From positions 248,001-312,000 of the forward strand of contig RSEE01000046.1 in the NCBI GenBank assembly GCA_003971905.1: a stretch of 64,000 nucleotides of DNA. The letters run 5' to 3'. Shown here piece after piece: positions 12,661 through 24,318 of the stretch (position 1 is its first letter; every line of letters starts with the position of its first letter). A model generated the notes under the pieces. It was not told the origin of the DNA, did no database searches, and saw only the letters and a list, made by a program, of their open reading frames with translations. The position numbers and the translations under genes are program-made. Source of the DNA: Moniliella sp. 'wahieum'. Lineage: Eukaryota.

Positions 12661-13149
12661 CATCGATAACGATCGCTGACCACACACATATCTGCAACGT
12701 TCATATCGGGTCTGCGTCCTGAGATGACGTCACTGGTCTTAGGCCGGGGAAGAGAAATGAATCCACGCACGCGGAGCGGTGCTAGGTGCTTGTGGGGCCG
12801 AGCCGCCCAAGGTTGGCAAGGCAAGCGGGGGGTATGATCTTTGGTGGGAGGACGGGGAAGAGATGGGGTGTGGGCAGGTCCTGCGGATCAAGCATCAAGC
12901 GATCTAACAACCAAGCAACCAAACAACCAACGAGCGTCGAGCGTCGCGCAGCCGATCATGCAATCAGCAGAGTGCTGATAACTAGTACGATATGCAATGC
13001 CACACAATCGTCCACCAGCAAGCTCATCGGGTGGGGTGGTGGGTGGGGTGGGGGGGTTAACGGGAGGGAATCAAGAGTAGTAATAATCCTAGTAGGTACT
13101 ATGAAGCCAAAGGGAAAGGCGAGAACGCGGTGAGATTGTAGCGAACACG

Positions 13150-13810
13150 TGTGGCAGAGCAATAGAGGAACAAGAAGGGCACGTGGGTGATTGTGGTCTG
13201 GGAGAGAGAGAGGGAGGGGGATGGGGAAGGATCGATGTAGAAACACAATGTGGAGCAAGAAGAGAAGGCAGAGGGAACACAGTGTGGAGAAAGAGGAAGC
13301 AAAGAAGCAATAGGAGGAGGAGGAGGAAGAGGAAGGGGAGAAGAGAAGAGAGAGAGAAGAGAAAGCAAGAGGTGGTGATGGTGGCGGCGGAGGGGTGGCC
13401 ATGAGCCATGGCAGCGGCAGCAACTTGGATAAACCCAGTGCCAAGTACCAAACACGATCCAGGGCCACAACATGATACAGAGAAAGGAGGGAAGGGAAGA
13501 AGGAGAGAAGTGAAGAAGGGGAGAAGGGGAGAAGGGGAGAAGGGGAGAAGGGAAGAAGGGAAGAAGGGAATGAAAGGAGGGGAAAAGGAAAGAAGGAAAG
13601 AGGATGGGGGAGAAGGGAGAGTTAGGTCCAGAGGGCATCGCGAAGACCAAACCATCCCAGTCCAGCATGATTAACCATGATGCATGATGGTAGGCGGGGG
13701 GAGTGGGATGCGAGAGGGAGGGGCGGGGAGGGGAGGGGAGGGAAGACCGATAAGATAAGGTTAAGGATAAGGATAAGGATAAAAAGGGAGTGAGCTGAAA
13801 AAGGAGGTTG
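13150..13810 (+). repeat. Long polypurine (GA-rich) low-complexity tract
   Basis: The plus strand is almost pure G/A over long stretches (GAAGGGGA-type units at about 13480-13620; AGGATA units at about 13755-13782). Confidence 0.85.
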
Positions 13811-14039
13811 GTAGCACGATATATGTCCATAGCAGTGGCGGGCAAGCAGGACGGGTTGGGGGGGGGATGGGGGCAGGACCAGGGCGAAACCAATGCGGAC
13901 CCGGACCAGGGCCGAATCTGTGTCGGATTGCAATTGAACGCGTACGCGTACGGCCGAATGGGACAGCGCGGGAGGGAGGACGAAGAGGCAAGAAGTAGCC
14001 AGGGGAGTAGATGAGATGAGAAGACCAGCAGAGAGAAGC

Positions 14040-17000
14040 ACAAGAAAGCATAAGCAACGGAGCCGCGATCGGATTAGGATCGGGATCAAGCGACTTGGAT
14101 TTTACGCAGGAGGATTGAGCCGGGGTGGTAGCCTGGGTTCGACCAAGAGGGAAATGTGCCACGCTCATCTTCGTCGAGGATGGGAACGTTGAGGAGCAAG
14201 CGGGTGAGTCGGGGTTAGGGTTCCAGTGGGGGAGCTGAAGCGCCGGCCCGCTGGGCCCGGTCAACGTCCCGATCGCATCGTGCAACAGGGCAAATTTGCG
14301 CCAATGTACTGCCCCGTCCGACGAGCGACGAGAACGTTACCGTCGGCCGTGGACAAGATATCGTGGAGGTGAACGCCGATAAAGGGATGATTCGGCCCGA
14401 TGAGTTTTCCAGGGCTAAACGGTACGCGCCGAAGCGCGATCGGTCTGCATCAGTCGCACGAGGGAGAGGTAGCGTTTTTGCAGTTCCTTGTTTTCCTGGA
14501 CCAGGGCGCGAGTGTGCCGTAAGCGATGCACGGGCCGCCACTGATGCCAGCCAAGACGGCTTGGAGGGTATTGTAATTGTTGCTCATGCGAAGGCAGACG
14601 GCGACCCGAACCATTTTTTCCAACATGCGAGCGCGTGTCTTGATCTTGGGCTGAACCAGCACCACGCTGGTCACGAGCGCCGAGACATAATTGAAGTGGC
14701 TGATGCTTTTTCGCGACCCGACCGTTGGGGATACGTTCTTTGGGTTTGACCAGCGCATGGCGCAAGAAATCCCGAGGTCCAATGTCCCGAAGAGCTCCCA
14801 CTCGATCCTCGTCAGCTCCGAAGCGATCGCTGCTTCGTCGGCAAGAAGGATTCCGTTGGACACGTCCCGCATTGACAACTTGCCCGATGGGGGGGGGGCA
14901 CAGATGGCCCAGCGCCTGCTGGTGCAGAGGCCGGAGCAGGCACCTGGCTGGGCGGGGGAGAAGAGTGGGAAAACGGGGAACGGAGTCTTTCCCCTCTTTG
15001 GACTCTTCGCGCGGATCCTTGGAAGAAGGTCGGTATTGTTGTCCATGTCCGCGTCTGCGCCCTGGTCTTGGTCCTTGTCCTTGTCCAACGCCTTATCCTG
15101 GTCCTATCCAAAGCCTTGTCCAAAGCCTTGTCCTTATCATTGTCCAGATCCAGATCCAGATCCATACCCTTATCCATCCCTTCTCCTTCTCCCTGCCTGT
15201 GCTGCGTTCGGAAGCACAACGGTACCCGAGCTTGCGTTCGGGGGGAGGCCAAGGGAGTTGCTCCGCCGCGGGAGATCAAGGCAGAAGAGGTGCCAGCGCT
15301 TGTCGCTCCGCCTCGAGCGAAGCAGCTGACACGCCGGTCCACCACGACTATGCTGCCCCGTTCGGACGAAGTGGATAGAACAGAGGAGCTACGGGCCGGC
15401 CAGTGGACAGGGTCGGGTTGGTCTCCCCCGTGGGGGTGGTGCACTGGTCCTACTAACGGTGGTAGAGCCCGGTGCTGAGCTCGAGGGCACAGCGGCCGCG
15501 GGGTGAGACCCACCGGCACCACGTGACCGAGCGGAAGGACCCAGTGCGCGGGGAGAGGAGCCTGCTGGGGTGGGAACGGACGAAGTGGGGCCCGAGGTGG
15601 CGGAAGGGGCGTCGGTGGTGGACGAGGTCGATCCTGGGATCGGACGAGAATGCTGTGCCGGTACATTTGGTGCGGGCGGTGGACGAAGGCGAAGGGCGGT
15701 GGAGGAGGCGCAAGGACCACATGACGTCCAAGTCGATGGCTGTGGCGCATGTGGCTAGGTCCGCCTCCAGGGCCGGGAGGAGCGGCGCGGTGCACGCGTG
15801 ATGGGCTAAGCGCTGGGCAAACTGTGCAGAGTAGGCTGCATGCCCGGTGCGCTCAAGTCGCCGGGGAAGGCGAGGACCCAATCGTGGAAGACGGTGGCCA
15901 AGCGAACCAAAGCGTGACGGACGAGGAGTTGGTCCATATCGCGTACCTCGGCCAGTGCATCAAGCGATCGATAAACTGATCCAGCATGTCCTCCGGATGG
16001 GCAAACGCACGATAAAACACTAGCACAGCGGCCAAAAAGTCTGGGTCCGTCATGGCCACCCCAGTAAAAGAAGCGATCAAACAAGTCCAACGTAGGCACA
16101 TACACTGGTTCCTTCGCCCTCCCCTTTTTGTGGGTGGCCAGGGGAAAGTGGCCTGCTCCGGGCGGGAGATGAAGGCTGTTGGTGGGGCCTAACAAAGCCA
16201 GCGGGGCAGGAGCAGCCTGCTGGGTGGTTGAACCCTCGACGATCGGCCCCAGACTCGAGTCTGTACGGCGCGAAGTGCGGGACAGGAGCGACTGCACAGC
16301 GGTGGCCGAGGGAGCATCGCAAGAAGGTACGCCTGGGTACGAAGGGATGGCGAGTTGCTGCATCCACTGCCGAGTGGGGTTGGCATCTCCCTCGCCGTCC
16401 TCGTCTGCCTCTGCCAAAGCCGAGGAGGACGGTGCAGGAGCTTCGCCGCGGGTTCTTTGGGCGTGCCTGCTCGTGGTGGCCCATGACTTGTCCTCCTCTT
16501 CGTCGTCATCATCCTCGCCGCTCAACTCAGTATCGCCGCTGTCCTCCTCTCGAGCGGGGACAGACATGGAAGCAAGGAAATCCGAGATACTCAGTGCTTC
16601 GGGCCCCGGGGTCATCAGATCTTGATCTTCCTGTGCCAACCAGTCCCTTTCGGCGCCCGAGGACTCGATCAAGTCTACCAAGGTACTGCTCGAAGCGGTG
16701 TAGAGAGAGCCCACGCCCGAAGGGTCCGACGTAGGGCCCGAGGACAGAAGTGGGCGGTGGCGTTGACTGTGTAACCCAGAGCCTCGTCGGCGCGGGAGAG
16801 GCGTGCCTTAGCGATCTGCTTGATGAGGTGGTGGAAACAATCTTTTACGCGCCGCTTGCCGTCGTCCGACTCACTACTGGCCTCGGCTAGGCTGACGCCA
16901 AATTTGCTCGCCAACTCGGAGACCAAAAAGGGGTCAATCGCCTTGACTGGGCTCTCGGACTTGCACGCAATGACCACGGTAACAACACGGTACTTGTGAA

Positions 17001-17857
17001 AGAATTCTAGTACCCGATTCGTTCGTCAGTTGATTCCTTCTCTCACGCATCATCAAGCCACATCAAGCGAGAACGTACCCAAAAGCTCTGGAACTCCCTT
17101 GAGAGAAGGAAGGTGACTAGCATCGTAACAAACCACTGCGCCCTCGATACGATCCAACTCGTCAGGCCAGCGCAATTCGCGGCCCGTGGTACCCACAAAG
17201 GCCGACGAGTCAATCTCCAAGACACGAACCTGTTCGGGCTCTTGATCCAGAATGCACTGCATGGCATACGCGCTGCACTGACCCGACAGCCGCGTCGGCT
17301 TGGACAGGCCAAACTGGCGCAGCCCCTTGCGAATGATGGTGGACTTGCCCACGCCCCGCTGACCGACAACGGCGACGCCCAAAGAACGAACGGGGTCCAA
17401 TCCCCAACGCACCCGAGCTGGCTTTTGACCGAAGCGTAGGCGACGGGGACCCCTTGCGTGCCTCCCAACCAGGGACGGGGGTCGGAGGGGACCAAGTCCT
17501 CTTGGGGAGGCGAAGCGAAATTCGCGTCGACGGTACGAAGCGGAGCAAGGGGAGGGGATAGGGGAGGGGGCTCTGACGACGAGCCAGAAGGGTGGCAAAG
17601 GACTCGATCGAGCGGCCAATGACTGGCAAAGGTTGATCCAGACGCGCTCGCGCTGGTCGATGCCAGGGCAGAGAGCGCGCACGGCACCGGGGTCGAAGTG
17701 GTGGGGGCGCGATTGGGCTGGGATGGGTGTTCGGGTTCGGATGACAGTCGTGCGCTAAGGCCCCGCCCTGTCTCTGCCATGGCAGGGAAAGGGGGCGGAG
17801 GGGGGTCTCTTGCTCAGAGTGCGACGTCTCGCTTGCCTTGGACCCAGACAAGGCCAT
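14040..17857 (-). CDS. RasGEF (REM + CDC25 domains) with an N-terminal Ras-like P-loop domain
   Basis: P-loop domain: VAVVGQRGVGKSTII, GAVVCYDAS, VVIACKSE. REM-like: DPDFLAAVLVFYRAFAHPEDMLDQFI, WVLAFPGDL. CDC25: IASELTRIEWELF, SISHFNYVSALVTSVVL, RARMLEKMVRVAVCLRMSNNYNTLQAVLAGI, IPFIGVHLHDI. One intron near 17010-17077. Both ends approximate. Confidence 0.85.
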
Positions 17858-18609
17858 GTTGCCGACACGAGCAGAAGGGAAGCGGTTCGCGTGTACCGTC
17901 AGCAGCAGCGGTACCAGTAGCACTGCCAGCAGCAGTGCCAGTGTCGACAGAGGTTGACAACCCAGACGAAGAGCGCGAATTCAAGTCGGAAAATGGAGAC
18001 GCGACCAGGCCTTGCTGCGTGGGTCCGACGCCATACCGCCCAGCGCAGACGTAGACGCAGATGCAGATGCAGACGCAGACTTGTCGGGCTGAGCACTGTG
18101 ACTGAGAGCGGCGCTCGAACCAACCGGGGAAGAAGTGTAGAGAAACTGTTGCACACCTCCTACGGGAGGAATCTGAATCAAAGGACGTGTGGCCGGGTTG
18201 GGACTGGCCGCTGCATCCAGCGTCGCACCCGACGTCGAGTGGAGGCGACGGAATCGCGATCGCGCTTGGGCAAACTGGAAGAGGAGCTATCGAAGGAGGC
18301 ACGGCGCGCACCACCCATACGACTAGCGTAGATCGATGTGATTGTCGACGGTGCATCGGAAGCTTGGGATGTATGAATGGGATGCAAGACTTGATCCAGG
18401 GTACGTGGTCGGGACAGTTGGCGCCAACTTGGGAATCACCGTTCATGCAGCTTCAGCTCCAGGCTCGGCGTCAGCGTCGAGACTGTATTGGGGGGATAGG
18501 CATAATAAAGGAAGGTGGTCCTGGTTGAGAGTGCCCGTCGTCCCCCGTACGTTTACTTGGCTGGCGGCCGTCGATTGATGCTGGGTGCCCGGGCCCAGGT
18601 CGCTGTCCA

Positions 18610-19778
18610 TCACTTCGGCTTTTCTGGAACAGAAGCAAAGGGTTTGGACTCAACGAGGGGTGCGGTATCGTCGGGCAACTGGGAAGGCGGCTTGGCAGGC
18701 GCAGGAGGCCCAGACCAAAGGCCAGCGGTGCCGCCGCGGGTGAGAAAGGATCGAACGGAGGCGCGATGGCCGCGTGAGGAAGGGGCGAGCTGAGGGACGG
18801 AAGGGTCGATGGTCTGGGTCAAACGATTGCGGCCGCGGGGTGCCAAGGGCGTGGGTGCAGGTGGCTCGACGGGGGGGTGGGAGCATGGAGGGAAGCATGG
18901 CTGGACGGAGACCGGAGACTTGGTCCCGGAGAGTACGCGGCGGGAGAAGGGGAGGCAGAGGCAGCCACGGATGGGAGCCGTGCTGCGCCTAACGGGGTCC
19001 GTTCCGAAGGCGGTGGGAGGGGGACAGGCGCGGAGGCGGCGGCCAGAGCCGAGAGCTCGCTGGTAGACATGCGAGTAGGAAGGGTGCGTGGGCGCGAGGG
19101 GTGATGCGGCGGCGGATGTGGACGCAGACGCAGACGCAGACGCAGGCCCAGGGGCCGAGGGGACAGCATGGCTGGCTCCCCTAGGCCTGGGAGATATGGC
19201 GCCAGAGGGATCAGCGGACACTGGGGCTGGAGCTGGAGCTGAGCCGGAACCGAAGCTGGAGCCGGAGGCGGAGCTGGAGCTAGGATTGGAGCTGGAGCTG
19301 GAGCCGGAAGGAGAGAGTGGGGGGAGGCAGCGAGGCGGCGTGCTCGCAGGCGGACGGGGGAGGGGCGAGTGTGCTGGCCTTGTAAATGGCATCGGCTGCT
19401 TCGCCGGCGGGGGAGGGGAGCTCGGAGGAGGTGCGGGGCGGGGAGAGGCGGTGGAGGAGCGGCTCTTGCGGACGATGGCCGAGGTGCCGCGGCGGATCCA
19501 GTCCAAGTCGCGCCAGAGGGTGGTGGTGCTGCGGCGGGGAAGGGTGGCGGCGGCAGTGTCTGAGGCGGGGGTGGAGGCAGCGGCGGCGTGGGGGTGTGGG
19601 GCTGGGGGAGGGGATGGGCGCAGAGGCAGGGGCAGCGCAGACGCGGCAGCCGCGGGCGGGGACGGGGGCATGAGGAGCCGGCCTGCGGGTGGGCGGCGGG
19701 GGGAGGCGAGCGGCGGGGATGGCGGTCGGGGCTGAAGAGGACGTGGCCGCCGCTCTTGAGGGCGTCCTTGAGGAGCAT
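18610..19778 (-). CDS. Low-complexity Pro/Ser-rich coding segment, possibly the N-terminal part of the RasGEF gene
   Basis: Long overlapping minus-strand ORFs (MLLKDALKSGGHVLF..; LWRDLDWIRRGTSAIVRKS..) on the same strand as, and just upstream of, the RasGEF. No recognisable domain. Confidence 0.35.
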
Positions 19779-22769
19779 GGCGGCGAGCGGCGGGGGCAGC
19801 TACTGCATGGCCAGGCGGCACGGGGTAGAAGGTAGCAGGCAAGAGGCAGCGGGCAGAGGCCGCGTAGCAAGGCGGGGATGCTGGATGCTGGCGCACCAGC
19901 CAGCGTGCCCCGCGCCGACACTAGCGTGTGCGATGTGACCCGTGCAGACTGGGGACGCAGCCGGGGCTGCGACAGCGCCACGCGCCCTCTCGCGGCTCTG
20001 GCCGTGCTGTGGCATGGCTGTGGGGATTGCGCTCCCCCGCAGCAGCCCCACTGTGCGCGCTGCGTCGGCGGGAAGCATGCACGCGTGAGCGTCACGCTTC
20101 CAGCAACAGGACGCCGGAAGATGCATGATGCATGATTCATGCTGATGCATGATGCACGGGGGCTGGGTGCGGGCCCTAAGCACGGGGCACGGAGCCACTG
20201 AGCCCCCGCCTCCCGGGCGCTCTGCGGCAGAGACGGCAGGACACTGCTGGAGCGCAGGCGGCAGGTCACAGTCACATGCATTGCTGGGTGCTGGCTGCTG
20301 GCCATCGCGGCCATCGCAGCCATCGCAGCCAACGTTCAGTTCAACGTGCAATTGACCAGCTTGACGCCTGGCGCGTGATGCGCAAGGGATGGATGATATG
20401 CCCCCGCAGCACACCCACTACGTAGGAAAGCCAAGCGTGGCCAAATACCTTCGACGATCCACCCAACGTTCACGTGCAGCCTGACCCTGAACGCTCAGCC
20501 TGGTCGCCTCGGGCGTCGATGGTCCACGAACAATGCGACTCGCCCCGCCCCGTCCCAACCGAGCCCGCCGCGCCAACGCACGCCACCCCCGTGCCAACCC
20601 CCCACCCGCCCATCCGCGGGCGGGGCGAAAGCGCTGCTGTGGGGTTGGTTTCTTCTGCAAGTGCATCGCACATCTCTGGTCCTTCGTTTGGGGCAGCAGG
20701 TCGTCCCGCCTCCATCTCCCACCTCCCACGTAGTTCTTCTTCCATCCCAGTCTGTTCTCTCAGATCTCTCTCACATCTCACATGTGATAGCAATCCGCTC
20801 GGTACCGTGCTCAGTACTCAGTGAGTACTCAATGCCGTTAGCTACAGTGCAAAAAGCAACAACTCCGCAGGAGCACACAGGCACTCAATCCTTCTGCGGG
20901 ATGTCGATGATTGGTACACGGTACGCGTGACTAGTGACTAGCTCTGCACTGACGACGTTGGGCTGGACACGGTAATGCAGAATGCACAGCACTTTTCACA
21001 GCGTCAGACAACTACAGGTGACATCTGAGATATTGCTCATTAGCACGTAAGTACCAACGTATTGAGTAGCCACAACATAGGCTCCACCAGCATCTGAGAT
21101 CCCGGAAGATCTGAGAGACCCTGAGGCCAGAAACCTGAGGCCCAGGCCTGACGCCTGAGGCGCTGAGGCCAGGCCTGAGATCGGTGGCATGTGAGATGTG
21201 GTATTCTGAAGCTTCTCAGATCTCAGATCCTCAGAGTTACGTTCAACGTTCACGCTCCCATTCCAGTCTCAATTCTGTGAGATCTGAAGACACACCGGCG
21301 CAAGAGACCCAAGAGAGACAACCGTTGGGAAGCTTCAAGCTTCAAGCTTCGATGGAGCGAGCTGCGAGGATAATAGACGCTAGAGAGGGCGGACGCCGTC
21401 TCCGCGATCACATGTACATGTGCATCCTCGACATCATCGACATCATCTGTCACCACAATGCCGCCCACAGCGGTTACGCCTTAAGCTTTACAAGCGAGAG
21501 AGCGGGGACCAGGTTACCGGCTTCCGGTAACCGCCCCCCCCGCTCGATGTGGAGCTTGCGGGGAGCCGCGTTGGAACCGCTCGCCAGCACCCCACACCCT
21601 GCCTGTGATCAATATCTAAGAGAGCTCAGCGAGCGCTAGTCAGTAAGCCATTAATCATTCAGCGCAGCGCAGCGCGACTCGTGAGCGCGTGAGCGCTGAG
21701 CCTCAGCGCTCCTCAGACTGAGCTGCGAGGCTCCCATATAACTAGTACCTAGCAACGACGGTACCCGCTAACGCGTAAAAAAAACGCGTAACGCATGAGA
21801 CAGTACTTGGGAGAGAGCAGAATGCGGGTCCTCAGAGGCTTGATCCAGATCGCTCCGACTCCGTCTGGAGGGTCTGATGCATCCTCTACCACGCGGTCTG
21901 TGGCTATGAACATAATGTCTAGCCGACTCCTTTTGCTTTGGTTCCTTTTTGCTTCTTGTGTTTTTCTGATATACTGATGCGAATGGCCCTGTTCGTCTCA
22001 CCTTCTGTCTTTGAACAGCGCACCCACTTCGCTTTCAGTGCTAAGGCTCAGCTCTAGGAAGATCTACTAAGCTTACACAACCTTGTTTATAAACGGTAAG
22101 CCCCTCACAGGCACCTCACAGGCCTCACGTGCTCTCAAACTTCAAGCTTCAAGCTTCAAGCTCTATGAGATCCGACAGTCTCGTTATAGGGCTGACTATA
22201 CGTATAGAAGCCAAATACACAACGGATTCGGATAGCTAGTAACGTGTAAGACCCTAAAGGGTTACCATCATAAATTAAGCTTAAAGCCTAAGGCCTAATA
22301 TTGAGGCCGTAACGCGTAACGCGTAATAAGCTCGCTCGATACAGCAGATATAGAACGGCCAAGCCCCACATGTGCAAGACACAGAGTATTAGCTTCTTTT
22401 TGATTGTGTAGGCAAAAATAAGGGACGCTTCATGCGCCGTTGCCAGCTGCCAAACTCTCGGTGGGTACCGAACCCAAAACACTTTCATCGAATAAGAGAT
22501 GAAGGAAAAGAAACAACGGGGAGGGGGGGGGGGGTCAAGGTTGTTCGTTATTATGGCGTTCTGGAGGTATATAGTGCAGGGAAGAGAAAAAAAATTATAA
22601 GAGGACGCTTCATCGGCTTTTGCAATAGATCTAGTACTGTTGCTCCGTAAGCACAGGCCCGTCAAACCCCGATTAGGATGGGTACGTTAGAGTAAACTAA
22701 CGAGAAGATGCAGGTCGATCGGATTAAAAGAGAGGAGAGGGGTCATTGCCTGCGATTGCTATGTGTTAT

Positions 22770-23030
22770 AGGGCACGGATGTCCCACTCTTCATGTCCGT
22801 CTCAATCATCGTTGTAGCGTGTGCGTTTCGCGCCTAAGATCCGAAATAACAAAAGGTCCAAAAGCTGTGATCGCTTCCCCGTCCATCTGGGACAGACATG
22901 AGTAGCTGTGGGTGCATTGCGTTAGATCGACAGAATTTAATCTTTCTCAAAGCAATATCATCTACAAGTACACGAGAAATGCAACCGCCTTTTCCAAATG
23001 AGTGGTGTACAAGCATCAAGAAAGGATTGC
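22770..23030 (-). mobile_element. Possible degenerate Ty1/Copia reverse-transcriptase fragment
   Basis: Minus strand, across frames: QSFLDAC, HSFGKGGCISRVLVDDIAL, MDGEA, RRETHTL. This echoes the Copia RT pattern QSxxDxCLY..YVDDI..DMGE..RDR. Lies in a gene-free region. Confidence 0.3.
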
Positions 23031-24318
23031 TATTACTGGCTATATGACTCCAGACAGAGAGGGCGGACGCTAAAAGTATAATAGTCGTCCCTTTCAGTAT
23101 CTCTCGTTTTGGGCGGGCTCCGCTTCATCGCTTCCGACACATCGCATTATATGTCTCTCGCTGTTATATCGTAGTAGTAGCGAACAAACCGGTCTTCATA
23201 CAAGACCGCCACCTCTAGTTCAACGCCCACTTTCGGTGATGTTCTCCCCGTCTTCCGAGGGGGGGGGGGAGGGGTTCCTTTTCCCAAGGGAGACCTTCCG
23301 TACCCGTCGGAGACATGACTCAAGCAGGGCCCAAAGCGTTTCAGATCCCACGAAATTAAAGTCCAAGGTACATTGGGCACTGATGAACGCATATAAGATT
23401 GTCGCGAGTATATATGCCTTGAGAGTGGCCGGGCAGAGCCTGGCAGGGTTCGAGAAAATACATGGTAGTAAGGGTTATCCGATGTGACAGTGGCGAGACT
23501 CCCATGCAGTGAGGGGGAAGGAGGAGCGCGTTGACCCTAAGAGGGTTGCTCTAGCTAGAGGCTTACAAGCAAGTGCAAACAGGGCAAAAAAGGAATCGTG
23601 GGCAGCTCGCCGGCCATCGCAGTTTTGGGAGGAACGAGTCTAAGAGAATCAAGTCTCTGTCAGTGGAGAACTAAGTGAATCGAAGGTCAAGGGAAAAAGT
23701 GCGAGGGGACAGATTAAGTCAGAGTCAAGCAGTCAGGGTCCAGCGTTAATAACTGGTACCGCGGGAGAGGCGAGGAAGGAGGCGAGGGTCTGGATCGAAA
23801 CCAGATGGGGTTGAAAATACTAGGTAGAGCCGACTGAATGTATATGGCGGCTGGGCGTATATACATTCATCAGCTGCTCATATATTGGCACTTCCATCGA
23901 TCGATGCTTCTTAGTTTCTACTTGATCTCTCCTCACACCTCAAACCCATTGTTGGTCGCCAGGACTCAGTTCTCACCGTGTGTGTCTGCATCACTTGTAC
24001 GTGTACTACGCCAGGTAGGAATCCGTGCGCTGCTCACTGGCGAACGCATCATAGTATCCATTGAAAAGGACGACTGCAAAAATGCACTTTTGTAACGACA
24101 TGAGTGTGCCGGGACGTTGTCCACCCAAGCAGTAGGTTTGAAGAAGCGGGATACGTCGATCTACCTGTGAATTTTGATATAGGAGATGCAAAATACCCAG
24201 TAAGGAAAGCGACCCAACCTTCCCCCGCCCCAACCATTGGCACATTTCCGCGACCTTGCGGATTGACTTATTAAGTCATCAAAATGGTGCGCAGCACAAG
24301 GTATGCTCCACACCACCC

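Noticed and set aside
12217..12687. His/Cys-rich metal-binding protein (HHHHHCRHYHHHCHC)
   Set aside because: This is one translation of a CAC/ACC-rich microsatellite-like stretch; another frame gives poly-Thr. Nothing supports the His frame.
12956..14089. Long Leu/Phe/Ser/Pro-rich membrane-protein-like ORFs
   Set aside because: They result from translating a pyrimidine-rich low-complexity tract that lacks stop codons.
18819..20414. Many long overlapping ORFs on both strands (also at 36-40 kb and 54-58 kb)
   Set aside because: Expected from very high GC content and antisense shadows of real genes. Not evidence of overlapping genes.
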